Source: Kudoa neothunni (taxonomy: Eukaryota; Animalia; Cnidaria). From it: 64,000 nucleotides of DNA. The stretch covers positions 1,186,958-1,250,957 of the forward strand of contig OZ199838.1 in assembly GCA_964304625.1 (NCBI GenBank), given 5' to 3'. Of this stretch, positions 39,348-53,339 are shown piece after piece (within the stretch, counting starts at the first letter, position 1; each line of letters starts with the position of its first letter). The position numbers and the translations under genes are program-made. The notes under the pieces are model-generated. The model saw nothing but the letters and a program-made list of their open reading frames with translations. It was not told the origin of the DNA and searched no databases.

Positions 39348-39899
39348 TCAGTCCAAAGAAGGTATCGTTATAATTTGACCTTCAAAATTTTCATCGACAA
39401 CAATTTGGCATCCTAATCTAGATCTGAACCAAGAGTGTAATCAATCCCACCCAAGCAAATCCGAAAAACAAACATACCTTGATCCCACATTCACAGCAAT
39501 ATCAAGCATATCCTGCTCGTCTTCAGATATAGGCGGAAGTTTATCAAAATAATTCCAGTCGTTTGAAAAAACCACATGACACGTTGAACATGCTAGTTCT
39601 CCTCCGCAGGCACCTTAAATCAATCTTAGCCTGCTCCTCATTGTCATAAAATAAATGAAAATGATACATTCGAGTTCGATATTATTTTTATCGACAATGT
39701 CAATTATTTTATCACCAGCATTAACCTTGACTGCTCGTTTTTGACCATTTCTCTCCGCAAATATTATGTTAACTTCCTTGGTATTTTGTCTATCCGCAGT
39801 CACGGCATTTATACTACTGGTTGCATTTCTTTTCGGATTGCAATGTAATGTGAATTTTTTAAAAAGAAACTTTTGTGTCAAGATGCGATTGACATTCAT
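39348..39899 (-). CDS. Mitochondrial 2Fe-2S ferredoxin (adrenodoxin/Yah1 family), 3 exons
   Basis: Basic N-terminal presequence-like leader. Spliced motifs ECACGGELACSTCHV, EDEQDMLDIA and SRLGCQI. TGA at 39348-39350. FDX1 vs FDX2 assignment not secure. Confidence 0.93.
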
Positions 39900-40956
39900 C
39901 CACGTGGCAATAATACAATATCACTCTTTAATAATATCATTGAGAGAGCTACTGAATGGAAAAATGATACTTTTTCTAATTTCAGCCTCAACAAAAATAT
40001 TGTTTTCGATTGTTTCAATCAATAAAATATATTGCAAACTTTAATATTGTGCGTGCGCGTGTACAAATATTATTGGACATATATTAACCCTCGAACGCTT
40101 GAGGAAAAAATTTACATGAATACCTGAAAGTGCCACTGTGACCTCATCTGAAAATGTACTACAACAATAGAAAACACTGCACTTAACTTAGGGCTAAGAA
40201 CAACTGTTTACGTTATTTTTTACATTTTGAAATATAATAAGTTTAATACAAATAAATTAATGATGCATTTTTCATTTTTCCGTCGTATTATTATTTTACC
40301 GGCCAAGGTTTTGTTTTATTCTCAAAATCCATAATTTTATTGTGAAATCTCTTCCAAGTTGACAGAAATATGTTAATTATCGAAATTCATACTTTATAAA
40401 TTGAAATTTGGCATTATAAATTAATTTATGAATAGGATATGTATATTCTAAAAAATTTTTAGTTTTTAAATTATAAGATGGACTAAATTAAAGTTCAAAC
40501 AGCTATATTCAATTTACTACGTTTTGTTGATGTGTGATTTAACAAAATTATAATAATATGCACAATTCACCTGCAGAATGACGATACTGATCCATTATTG
40601 GATGAAATAAAAGAAATAATAACGAGTGTAATAATGTTTTAATAACCATGTCAAAAGAAGCGTTGGAATGTTTATCAAAGATAAACAAATTTAGACATCA
40701 TAGATTTAATCAGCATTCCAAAATTTATTCGTTAGAAGATGAAATACATTATATTAAAACATTCTAATGATTATTAATTATTTCCAAACAAATAATACAC
40801 TTTTTAGTGATCATTTGAGTTCGTTGTACATACTTCACCATTAATATATATATTACGCATGCGCATTGTGTGAAAATTTAGTTAACGGTGGATTTTTCAA
40901 ACATTTTTAACACCTATGAGAATTATGAACGATTAATCTTCTATTATATATGTAAA

Positions 40957-40986
40957 CTAGCGCCAAATACTCAGTTTTGTCGGGAT
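40957..40986 (-). mobile_element. Helitron-like 3' terminus (hairpin + CTAG)
   Basis: Minus strand TCCCGACAAAACTGAGTATTTGGCGCTAG|T, the same layout as the family A/B ends. Confidence 0.45.
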
Positions 40987-42355
40987 AGGGAATTTGCTCT
41001 GTTGAAAAATCTCTTTATCGTATCCTAAATACATTGATCCTTTGTGATAAACCCAAAGAAATATATACGCAGATTAAATTCATAATATTCCAAGAATAAT
41101 AGTTATTTTAAAAACATAACAAAAATTGCATATAAGATTTATATATCCACAATTACATATGATAAATAGTATTTGTTAGATAATATAATGGTATAATTGT
41201 AGGGTAACCGCAATTTTTTATTTGGTAAAATTAGATTTTTTCAAAAATGATAATCGAGAAATTAATTGCAAAACATTTTTTTTACGAATTATAAATACAC
41301 TGAATTCAAAAACTTTACAATATTGTCATTATAATGATTTAATGATAAAATTTTTAATGATAAATGATTATAACTTTTTTTATTCAACAAATAAATCCAC
41401 CAAAAAAATTTATAAACTAAAAAATTGTTTGATAAATTCATATTTATTTTAAAAAGTTAATAGTCAATATATGAACAATGATAGAGGTGATATCTTATAA
41501 TATGGTGTGTAAAATTTAATTAAACAGTTGAATCATATAATTTTGGAAACGGATGGTTATTAAAAATGGTTTGACGGCATAAAATTAACCCCAAAGTTAA
41601 TTTTTAGGAAATAAAATGGGTTTTTTTTGGTTACTGGAAATTTAACGAAGATTTCAAGCAATACGATGGGGTTGTATTCGGGATTTGGCAGGAAAATTAG
41701 AAGTTATCAAAAATATCAAAATTAGTTTAATCCTTTTGCTCAATATTCATTTATTTTATTATAAATATCCAAGAAAGAATAGACGGAAAAAACGATTCAC
41801 ACAAGGGTGTTTTTAGTTGCCTAATCTAGAACTCGTTTTTCTCCAACATTAAAAATTAGAATCAATTATTAATTGATCTAGTTAAGATATTCAACATATG
41901 TAAGGTGCAGCGATTGCTAACGAAATCCGATACATTTCTTTGGACTCTGCATCTTAATACATATAATCCTCCACATGTTGATTAGAAATCTCGATTACTA
42001 TCTCGTTAATGAATTTTTTGAACTCCTAATCGCAATCCACATGATTGAAATAAGTTGAAACTAAGGTCTTATTTCTAATGTCTATCAGTCTTATTATTAC
42101 TAATTAGGATTAAAAATTCAAAAAACTAGTAAAATTAGTCTCTATAAATTATTATATAGCAGTTACGTCCAATTAACCCTTTCGGAACTAACCAATTTAA
42201 AAAACCATGTGTGCCCAAGCGGGGTCCTCGCGACACCCAGCAAAAATAGAAGTTAAGCTTAATTAATTTACTATCAATAAATATCCAAATGTTTTTTTAT
42301 GTAGGTTGCGAAAGTTACACTCGAACGTCCGTACTATATACTATATATTACAAAC

Positions 42356-43153
42356 CAAGGTTGACCAAATAATGGCTCGTGAGCCATATGTTGCTCTTGG
42401 AAAAACTTTTTATTTCAGTTGAATTTTTTTTAATTCAACCAGCGTATTAATTCAGATAAGTACAAAGTTTAAACTCTTTAAATCGTAAACTAGATAATAT
42501 TTTTGATTAGAAAACATAGTTACAAACTACGATATAATTTTAGTATTTGATGCGAAATAGATTTATTTCCAGTTTTATTAGGAAATACAATTAGAACTAG
42601 TGTTTATCCATTACCGAAGTGATAGATATCGAGAGTAAAAATACGCATTAAAATTAAAGCTTTATAGATTATTCATAATTCCGACTCACTAAGCGAATTT
42701 TGGGGAATACGTTTCATGAAATTGAATATTCAAAATTAAAAAGAAACTTGCCTCAAACATGTTTCTATCTTTGAAACAACTTATTGTTGCGAGTCTATTT
42801 GATAAATGATGAAGTTTGTGAAATCGAAACATCGCGGATTCCTCGCTCCTAAAAAAACACCTGGCGTAATTTATTCGTACAGCGTTAACAGCATATTAAC
42901 CAGATTACCGTCAACTCACTGATAATATGGAACCATAAAAAACTAGAAACGATTACAAAAAAAAATTTCGAAAGCACTGAATTTTTGTGTTATTACTTTA
43001 TTCGTAAATATTTTAATTTTTTCAACGTATTTACCAAAAATGTAAACTTTAAATAAGAAAGAGGAACATAATTGATTTTAATGACTTTTGACTCTTGCAA
43101 ATTTGGTGGGCCCTGAAATTGTTTCCCGACCTGAGCGAGTCTGACCACCCCTG
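42356..43153. mobile_element. Non-autonomous hAT (Charlie-like) element
   Basis: Ends CAAGGTTGACCAAA..TGGCTCGTGAGCCA and TCTGACCACCCCTG. Flanks TTACAAAC / CTACATGC (5/8 identical). Confidence 0.55.
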
Positions 43154-44741
43154 CTACATGCTACATACTTCGATATGTGCATATATTGTTAGCGCAAATA
43201 AAATTTAATTATCTATTGAAATTAAAGACATTATGGAATCAATAATTAGAAAGTAAACGATGGAAAAATATTACACAACACTAACGCGTTTTATCGGTAA
43301 CACTCGGCTGCCACATATAGATAAAGGATTGATCCTGAGATTAAGAAGTTGAACATATCTTTTAAATAAAACAAATTTCGAAAGATCATTCGAGTCCAGG
43401 TGATCAGAAAAAAGGTTGAAACATTTTCGACACGCTCATGTAAATAATCAGTACCAGCTGATTAGTCTTCACATTTCTCAATGTCATAACACATTCATCC
43501 ATGCTTTCCAAGTCCTGATCCAGACATGTTATATTCAGATATTGCCTCAACCTCCGAATAATCATCGATGTAGTCTTCAGCATTATTTTAATTATTTTTT
43601 GAGGAATAACAAATTCGATGTGCTAGGAAAAGCAACAAAACGTAGGAGATCAATCGGATTAGTTATCCGCTAATCTGTAGCGGCGATATTCTGAGATATT
43701 TATTGTTTATTCAATCCACATGTAGTGTTTTAAACGAAATATATTTTTTTATATTTAACTAACTAAAATTGATATTTATCAATGAAAGTCGATTTTTCGA
43801 GGTATGATCAAAGAGACGCATATTGGTGTTCAAATATTTTTGATTAGTATTTTTGTATCCATTATTTAAAATACAACATTTATAGTTCTAATATCTTAAT
43901 ATTTGTTTTTTTTCTAAAAAACCTTTTATGAGACTAGCTTCTGCAAATATTTTTATAAAAAATGCAATATGGAATTTATTCAACGAATAAATAGTTTAAA
44001 TAAGAAAGAATTTGATTTATTGTCTTAATTTCAAGTATCATTGTTGCATCTCACAGTTAATTTTTTTGCAACCCCAAGACCGATCAGTTCACCCTTTTTG
44101 TCAGGACCATTCTACATACGAAACCCCTGTGTCTTGTAAAGAGGTTTGACATCCAAATGCATAAATTAATACCTGTTACATGCTCAAATGTTTTATATGA
44201 ATAGAAAAAAACATGGATGGTGTAGAATTATCCAATATGTGAATAATGCTACATAAATCAACTACGAGAGCAAAAAGTATTATTATTGCGTATTACTTTG
44301 GATTTAAATAATATTGTAATTAATGTATTATTGATTTATAGAAATTTAATATACATCCAAAATGCAACCATGAAAAATACCAAAGAGTGTACAGGGTAAA
44401 TAAGATAAAAGGTTTTGACCTATCTGATTCAATTCGAAATAATAATGTTGGAGATTACCCAAAAATCGTTTAACAAAAAGTCGGTGTGGAGTTTGCACGA
44501 AAAATTCAATTTATATATATTAATATATACATTAAGTGTAATTTGTTAAGTTGTAAAAAACGAAAACTTTTTCTGACACACTCTTCAAACTAGTTATGAG
44601 TGCATATGAAAAATTAAAAAAAAAATATATTTATATTCGATAAATGAATTATATAAACAACTAATTAAGACACAAAATCAAAAAGGCCAAAAACAAGTAT
44701 TTATTAGTTATGAGAAAAAACTGTTAATAAATATGGACTAT

Positions 44742-47700
44742 TTATAGCGTGTTCTCAACTTGCTCTAAGGTAGATACAATAAGCTCATCGTTGGGGACTG
44801 GACGAGATTCAGGAGGGGAGGGAGTTGATGGTTGATTGGAAGCTGATTTTTGATTCAAATTCCTAAAACAGATCGTTAGACCGTAAAAATCGTGAAATCG
44901 ATTAGGGATATGCTAGAGGTAGAAAAGAAAAATGTTACAATTTTGGATTTTCTGCCAGGACGGCCATTTTTAGGAGCGAACAGTGGGTGCTTCATCACAT
45001 ATTTCTTTTTCGACGAAATTAAACAGTGTAGTCAAGCGTTTTCGAATTTCCTAAAAAACATCACCAAATGAGAAATCAAATACCACCAACAATAGGGGAA
45101 CAAAGATAAAAATAATGTAAAGACAAAAAGGAAATAATTACAGTGGACGTTCTTGATCGAATAAACCAGTCAAATCTAAATCTAGCACTAGCACGAATGC
45201 ATTCAACGATTTCTTCATAGACGGTGGGGAATCTAGACCTAATTTGTAGAGTAGACAGAGCAGAAAACGATCTTCATCTTCGGTGTACAATTTGCCTTTG
45301 TTGGCGCCATAATTGATTTTCAATTCATACAAAGGATATTTGTATTGAGAAAACTTTTGGATGTAGCGTTTAAAAAATTAGATCAATTGTCCAACAAAAA
45401 TACCTTGATATCAAGAGCATTTTTGAGGTGTTTTCTACGATCAAGTCTACATTTACCACGTTCAATGGAAACAATGATTTTGCTGTATTCTTCCAATTCG
45501 GTCCATACGACTCATAAATGTATGATAGTAGTTTTCTAACTTCGCTGGCGCTCTTCCCCTCAATATCATCTATTATAGCACGTAGATTTTCGAACGCCAT
45601 GCCTTTCGAGGGATTTCACAAAATGACAAAAATCCCTCCTGCTCCAATTGGAAAACCCACATTTGAGCAATTCATCACGTTCTTCGTATTCTTTTTTCAG
45701 TTAATGGAGTAACACATGCATCGATTTTGGCCTGTTCTGATTCCTGCAAACTTTTCGCTTCATTTGGTGGCAAATCGGGATTGAGCATCTCTTTGTAGTG
45801 ATCGAATTTCGATAGCTATACAACTCTTGTTGGAGTAGTTGATAGAGTCGTGGAGGATAGAACTGATAATCGAAGACAACTGGAAATTTGGGGGGTTTGG
45901 GTGCAGGTTTGTATGCCACTTTTTCGGTAGGTGACATCAACAATTCGTTGTAGTATTTGTCGACTGCATAATTGGTACGACGTTCACGTTTAGGAGGGTC
46001 GATCCAACCATTTCCAATTGAATCTTTTTTTCTTATATTCTATAGTTTTCGCCTTCAAAATCATATACACTCGATGGAATTTCTGTGGTTTGTTCAATGG
46101 AGAAATTTCTGAGAGCACCCTCATCGAGCGACTTGAACTTTTCGTTCATTTCAGCAGGTTTTGTTTTCACCTCTGGTGAGAATCACATCGATATCTTCGT
46201 CAGTGATGGTGGATTCTTGGAAGCAAATACCTTGTCGGCACCAGTTCGAATCATTTTTAAGATTTCTTCTTTGCCAACTTTGGTGTTTTGATCGATAAGA
46301 CGACCCTTGTTGTATGATGATGTTATCAAGGTGGAGTTTCATTTCGGCGCGTTCAATAATTCTTTCTTCGACTGTGTTTTCGGTGATAAAACGAAAAACT
46401 TTCACTTGCTTTTTTTGACCGATACGATGAGCACGATCCATAGCTTGTAGATCCATCTGAGGGTTCCAGTCGCTGTCGTACAACACTACGATATCTGCTG
46501 TGGCTAAATTGATGCCAAGACCGCCTGCTCTTGTGCTAAGGAGGAAAACAAAAACTGGACTGTCAGGCGCATTGAAGACGTCGATTTGGGCTTTTCTGGA
46601 GTCACCATTAGTTTGGCCCGTCAATTCTGCAATACTCATAACCTCTCCATTGCATGTATTCCTCAAGAAGATCCAACCATTCGAGTCATCTGAGAGAATA
46701 TCAACACGCGACTTCCATCTTCTTGCAGTCTATGCAGCAGTTTATCGAGAATCTTAAGTTTGCCGGAGTTTTCCACCAAATGTTCCCCGGTGTAATCACC
46801 TGATTCGGGACGATTAAGATGAAACAGGTAAGGATGGTTGCAACACTTTCTCAACTGCATGAGAATATTCAACAGCCCTGATCGATTCGCTTTGGCTACT
46901 GCCGCATTCACCAAATCAATATCCTTCAGTAATATAGCGGTTATACCAACTGGCGTTGCATCGAACTCAATCCAACATAGATTTTTGTTTCTTTTTTCGG
47001 CAGTAAACGTTTTTCCACCTCCGACTTGAGGCGCCTAAGCAAGAAAGGTTGTAGAATCGAATGAAGACGTTTGATCAGGGTGACTTCCTCACCAAGAACA
47101 TCTTCCATATTGAACCATGAATCGAAATCATCTGCATTTGAGAATATATCCGGCAGCAAAAAATTCAACAGCGCCCACAACTCGTGAAGATTGTTCTGTA
47201 GAGGTGTACCGGTGAGCAACAATCGATTTCGGGAGTTGAACTCACGTACAATTTCAGAAAGCTTTGATTTTTCATTTTTTATGCGGTGCGCCTCGTCAAT
47301 AATCAAATATCCAAAGTTAGAGTCTTTTGAGACGGGTCTTCTCATTGATACACACCTCAAAGCTGGTCACAATCACAATCGTACGACTTTTTCGCTTTCA
47401 AAATTTGGTTTTCCATAATCTCCTTTCGTTCGTCCTTGGTTCCTGAGAGAGTGCACACATTGATTGATGGACACCATCGATGAAACTCATTCACCCAATT
47501 GGCAAGTGTTGATTTGGGACATATCACAATGTGAGGTCCCATGATTATCGGTGTGCATTTTCATGTAGCCTAGAAGAGAGATGGTCTGCAATGTTTTCCC
47601 CAAACCCATTTCGTCCGCCAATATTCCATTGATGCCGTTGTGGGTAGAGTCCAATCAACCAGTTCAGTCCGCGAGTTTGATAGTCACGCAACTGACCACC

Positions 47701-48266
47701 TGTGATATATTTGGGTGAGGATTGGAAATGGTATGCTGTGGTGGGGAACATCTTCATCCAATAGTTCATCGTCTACCCACTGAGACTGAGAAGATTTCGT
47801 TTGGGCGTCTTCAGGCTTTAATGCTTTACGTTTGCGTGTATGTTTGATGGAGTCGCCATTTTTCGCATTTTTAAGCAATCGATCTCCAGTTCCATCCAAA
47901 AAGTGTGAAAATATCTCGCTCTTATCAAGAAGGAAATTTATCCGAGCTTTTCTATCTTTCTCAACTTGCTCATGGTGGTAGGCTGATGCTGACTTCTTAG
48001 AAGACTTTGATGATGACCTTTTCACAGCATTACTAACTTTCCTCATGCTCATTCCTAGCTTTATTGGAACGTTTCGCTGATGGAGGGAGGTGTTGGTGTG
48101 GGTGGAACGTTGGCTTTCATCTTCATAACTTGTGTGTAAAGGGGGATTCATCACCGGCCACTAACTCAGACTGCTTGGGAATTGAATTTTTCTGGATGAT
48201 CGCTAGATGCAGAAAAATTTAGGACGATCTACCTCAGAACCATCCTATTTCACTTACTCTAACCAT
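44742..48266 (-). CDS. SMARCA5: ISWI-family chromatin remodelling ATPase (SNF2H/SNF2L-like); reading frame broken by about 19 single-base indels in this assembly
   Basis: Motifs [82 protein letters not shown] and [11 protein letters not shown], followed by HAND/SANT/SLIDE ([31 protein letters not shown]). Three 3' GT-AG introns. The start codon is approximate. Confidence 0.9.
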
Positions 48267-48808
48267 TTCTATTAATCACTTATTCAGAATTCAACGAGAT
48301 CTACGCCTAACCTCTGTCACAGCTCACAATGTTAAACACGGCGCAATAACTTGATTTACGATTGAATTAGAGTTCTCAACGATTTTAATTTCTCGGTTAT
48401 TTTCCGAAAATAACACTAATGCGCATTTACCACATTATTATCATAAATGTTTTTCTTTTGTAACAGCTATCAAAAATTGACCATTAGCCAATCTAAGTTC
48501 ACAGCGTGTGTTGATTATTTTTTAGCACGCATTTCACACTCAAAATAGGGATTATTATCCTCAACTAGAGAATTCAACTTTATAACGAGTGTTAACTTGT
48601 CACATGACGTGCTTTATATTCAATGGAGGTGTTGTGCCGTTTACACGGCCTCTAATTTTAGGTTACTAGGAGATTTTATAAAATACGAATTGTTAGAAAT
48701 GCTTAGATTGTTTAACATCGGTAAAGTTCCATTATTTATAATTGTGTTGTTTCATTTCTGTGCTAATACAAACCGGCTAATCAATCGGCATACCCATCAC
48801 CCATCAAT

Positions 48809-48842
48809 GTTAGGTTAGGTTAGGTTAGATTAGATTAGATTA
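48809..48842. repeat. Short (TTAGG)/(TTAGA) microsatellite
   Basis: GTTAGGTTAGGTTAGGTTAGATTAGATTAGATTA. Confidence 0.9.
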
Positions 48843-51114
48843 ATGAGATGTTTTAATCTAAACTGGTTAACATATTCTCGTTTGTAATTAAAGTCCTTTC
48901 GTTATATTTTTTTGTCTGTAAATATAAATGGTGGTAAGTCATTCAGTTAGCTAAAGAGAAGAAATCTACTTGTTTTTGAATGCGTTTACAAAAAGATACT
49001 ACTACCCAGAGAAAATTTTACTTAATTTTTGATTCATATTTTAATCTTAGTCTTTGCTGTGACGATAGTTAGCGATTTTAGTTGGCTTCCTGATTTTATT
49101 CCTCCTTTAAACTTAATGTTCTAATAGTTTGTCTATTTATTATGAAAGCTATGTACAACTGCGTTTAAATATGAGAAAGATGATTTGTAAAATATTTAAA
49201 AAGAATGTTTGCGCTCCAGTTATATTCTTCGCGTAAAAATGTTTCATGACGTAACGTTGAATTAACTGTATTAATTATTATCAATTATAGGATTATAAGA
49301 AGAAAGTGACATTTAAAATGGATAACAAATATTTTCTTAATGTAAAATTTATTGTTTGTATTTTATGAAGAGTGCAAATATGTAATCTAATAAATAGAAG
49401 CGTAATGTAGTTAGTTTTCAACTGAGTTGTCTGCCACCAAAACTACTTTATAATACTTTCGTAATCTATCGCTAACTTTCGTCAAGGCTGTTTAATTTCA
49501 TCAGGCGTGTATTATTGATAATTATCCACTCATTTAGCCCAAAACTTCCACATAAAAATATGGAATTAGCAAATGCTCTTTTTAAAATTTAAGTATTTTT
49601 TGGGATCCAATACGAATGGTAGGATTGTAAAATAATAATATTTTAAAATTTTTCTTAAATACGACTTCAGTATGCTTTATATTTAATTGACGGAAAATTT
49701 GATTTGATTTGATTTAATTTATAATGGAGGGGACGATTATATGGGAGGGATATGTTGCAATCAATACAATAAATTTATACATAATTTTTATGTATCGGAT
49801 TCCTCAATTGACCTTGAACTCGGCACTTTTTTGGTCCTGATCAAAATTCATACTTAAACGTTAAAATCCTCTTCAAACTTCTATAATATTAATTTTTAAT
49901 CAAGAATATTTACAAACGTTTCTTAATATTTTTCTTCAATAACTTGTTATTTAAGTTAATATATAAATGGTTTTCATATCTTGTTGTGTTGATTTTATAT
50001 AACAAGATATATCGATAAACTCGATGCGTTAATTAAAACATGTGGTTTGTTCGCAACGGTGATTGTAAACAAACTACTCTACGATGTAATTTCAATTTCA
50101 ATTTAAATGATTAATTTTTCTTTTTTTTTGGTGATTCCATTTGTTGTTTTCGTATTAATGACAATTATTTAAACATTACTGTTTAATTTATTTTAAAAAA
50201 GATATTTCCTGTCATCAAATATATACAGGATAATTTTCCATCTAATAATGATGCTAAATGAAGTCACAATGCAAAAGTACAGGAAATACCCAAAGAAAAA
50301 TTAAAACCCTATTCAAAGCGCTTACAAAATGCTTTAGTCTATACAAACCAACACATGTCAACGTCTGCAGAATATTGCGGTGAATTTATCCTCAACTCAA
50401 TTATTGCTATAAAGAGAATTGAAGCTATATTCTAGATTTTAATTTTTTAGGAATAGATGAATTATTAAACATTGATATAAAATGTTCATTTAAAACAATG
50501 TTGCTAACATTAAGTACAAATTGAAATCACAGAGAATAACTCGAAAAACGATAATCACGTTTTAAATAACGTGTCAAATGAAAGAAGAATTGGTATAAAT
50601 ATTAGATATCGATCCTCAACCAAGTTGCTTACTAATGACTCCTCTTAAGACTTTTATAATATGCAAAACGACCAGTAGATGCATGGGCCAAAACTCGACA
50701 AAAATTTCAAAAGTTAAATAATTTTACAGAATTTTTTATCAATTTTACGCAGATTTAAAAATTCTCTCGAAAATAAGAACAGCAGGCCGACTTAGGAGTT
50801 CTGATCTAACAGACATTGGTTTACCTAAAAAGTCAAGATAAGCAATTTAAATTCATATAAAGTACAAAAAAGTAAAATATTTTATGAAATATATCTATTA
50901 AATAATAATTTCCTTTTCATTTTTATAGAACGGGAAAACAAATTGAAATTCACTAATACTTGATCTTAAAAACAGTTATATCCTTTTTATCTAATAAAAT
51001 TAACTGAGATAAATATTAGTGCTTGTTTGGTTATCCATATTTGATCAAAAACGTTTAATAAATTGGTAAGATACAATGGAACTCATTAGAGAATTTTTTA
51101 GCATGCACGCAAAC

Positions 51115-51619
51115 CAGGGGTCACCAAAGTACGACCCCCCTTAAAACTCAAATACACATGCAACACGAACTAACTTCCAATATGCCTGTAGAATTAATTA
51201 ATAGGGCGACCTGGATGCAGTGGCAGGTTGGGCTTATGCCGACAAAAAATTAGCAAAATTTTATCATTTTATGCAAAATACACAGGTAAATTAATATAAC
51301 AAAAACTATGTTTATAAGAAAATTTTATTTCTTTTTGTACCCTTCAGGGCATTCACTGCATAGTACGCAGTGCATACTCTGACGCCATAGGCCTGATTTA
51401 TTTGGTACCTCACAAGAACAAAGATTTATCGAACGTGCATCAATTCCAATGTTTCACACTCAAAAAAATTCATAATTTTTTTATATTTATATATATTTTG
51501 TTTCACTTTTATAATTGTTTGGTTTCCAAAAAAATTTTTTTTATCAGACTTTCGAATTCGAAGCTTATGAAGATCTAAAATGTGGCCGGCCCGCTAGTCA
51601 AAAACATTGGTTACCCTTG
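51115..51619. mobile_element. Possible short hAT-type MITE
   Basis: CAGGGGTCACCAA / TTGGTTACCCTTG inverted ends with a subterminal GGCCCGC. No TSD. Confidence 0.35.
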
Positions 51620-52478
51620 CTCTTCGAAAATACATCGTTCCCCATAGTTTCTTATAAAAATTACGATATTTACGTTTAAGGTTACTTACATTTAAACTTA
51701 AATATAACTTCTCGAGGAAAGTTAAGGCTTAATATACGTATAATTGACCAATTTATAGGTAAAAAGTCGACTGATTTATTTTTATTTGAAAATTTTAATA
51801 TTAATTGTTTATTAATTGTTTATTTATTATTATATTTGTTTATGAAATTAAAATTTGAATACAAGCATTATTTTAGCAGATATTCTCATCCGTTGCAATA
51901 ACTAGTGCCCAATGTAAAAGCGGCTCATTTTGTGTAGACGTCTCTTAGAATAAGATTTAAATAAGAGTTATTAATACGGATCTATCATAGACTTCAAATA
52001 AAAATTTTTCTTGCTACTCGAAATGAATGTAATTACAAAATGCAAGAATATATATTGTCCATTTGGATATGCTTATAAAATATTCACTAATAGAGATTTT
52101 CATGTTCAAATATGTATTTTGGTTTGACCCCTTTTTCTAGTTGAACATCGAGACATGTGATGATTAGCATAGGCTATTTGCATGGTAACTTTTAAGCCTA
52201 AACGACATTTACAATTGCGCGTTAAAAAGTTTAAATTTGAGTAAATCTCAATTAAATCTATATACAGATTCAATATTTTAGAATCCGTTACTTTCAGTTA
52301 TTATTTGTCTGCTTTTTCGCTTTTAGAGGTCTGAAATAATTGAATGTAGTCAGACTAATAATGACTGAATATTATGTACCATGTCAGTAGCCATTTCTTC
52401 TAAAAAATTAGCTTTTCTGATACCATTTATCAAATTTCGACAATTGAAATGATTATGAATTTACTAATTTAATATTTA

Positions 52479-52508
52479 CTAGCACGTAATCCAAGCTTTG
52501 CCTGGGGG
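52479..52508 (-). mobile_element. Helitron-like 3' terminus (hairpin + CTAG)
   Basis: Minus strand CCCCCAGGCAAAGCTTGGATTACGTGCTAG|T. Confidence 0.5.
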
Positions 52509-53339
52509 TGAGTAATGGGATATTTAATGTTTTATGTTGCTTTTCAATGGACAATCTCAACATATAATATATTTAAACATTAAGTTATAGGTTGAAACTA
52601 TTTATTTCTCTTTTTTCCTCGATGTATTTTCAAGTTTGTTATTATTTTTTGAATTTTAACCAATTAGATTAATCTAATAATGAGTAGATTTATGTCAAAA
52701 TATAAATAGAAGATTATAAAAAAGTTAATCATTATTTTAAAACAAATCAAATCTTTAAGTTTTAAAATTGGAGAAAAATCTAAAAATTATAAGGAATAAA
52801 ATTTGTAAAATGCAGAGTGTAAGGTACAAAAAGTAACGTCCCAAGCTAATCTTATCTGATAATTTAATGAAGGATCTTAACCTGATTTTAATCAAACGCT
52901 TGTGAGGGGAAATCCCAGTTTTATTATTTCAATATGATTTTGAAATTTTAAATAAATCCATACCATTTTCTTAACACAAAAACAATGTAGTTCAAAAAAT
53001 CAACCAAGGATAAATGAAAAAAATTAATATTTCATCGATGATATACACGAGTTTTTAGCGTATAAATTTACAGTAATCATTAACTATCAATCGAATCTCT
53101 CGAAGGACGACTCTCGTTCAAAAATAAACGTATTATTCAAGTGTTTTGGAATAAATTTTTTATTTAGCCATTTTTAAATTAATGAAAATTTTGTAATAAT
53201 GTCTGTTTGATAGAATCAGCTATAAGTTTCTCCTATACAAACAGAATAACGATATACAGTATTTCACGATCACACTGCAGGAATAACAAAAAAAAAAGAA
53301 TCTTCAATTATAAATGTATCATTTAAAGTAGTTTTCAAT

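Noticed and set aside
39617-39668. U12-type intron in ferredoxin (donor GTATCATTT)
   Set aside because: Mismatch to the GTATCCTT consensus at a key position and no TTCCTTAAC-like branch site.
44742-48266. ISWI as a processed retro-pseudogene or programmed ribosomal frameshifting locus
   Set aside because: Introns are retained, there are no nonsense substitutions, and indel sites share no slippery or stop-adjacent motif.
48809-48842. (TTAGG)n as telomere or interstitial telomeric repeat
   Set aside because: Only about three perfect units grading into TTAGA; indistinguishable from an ordinary microsatellite.
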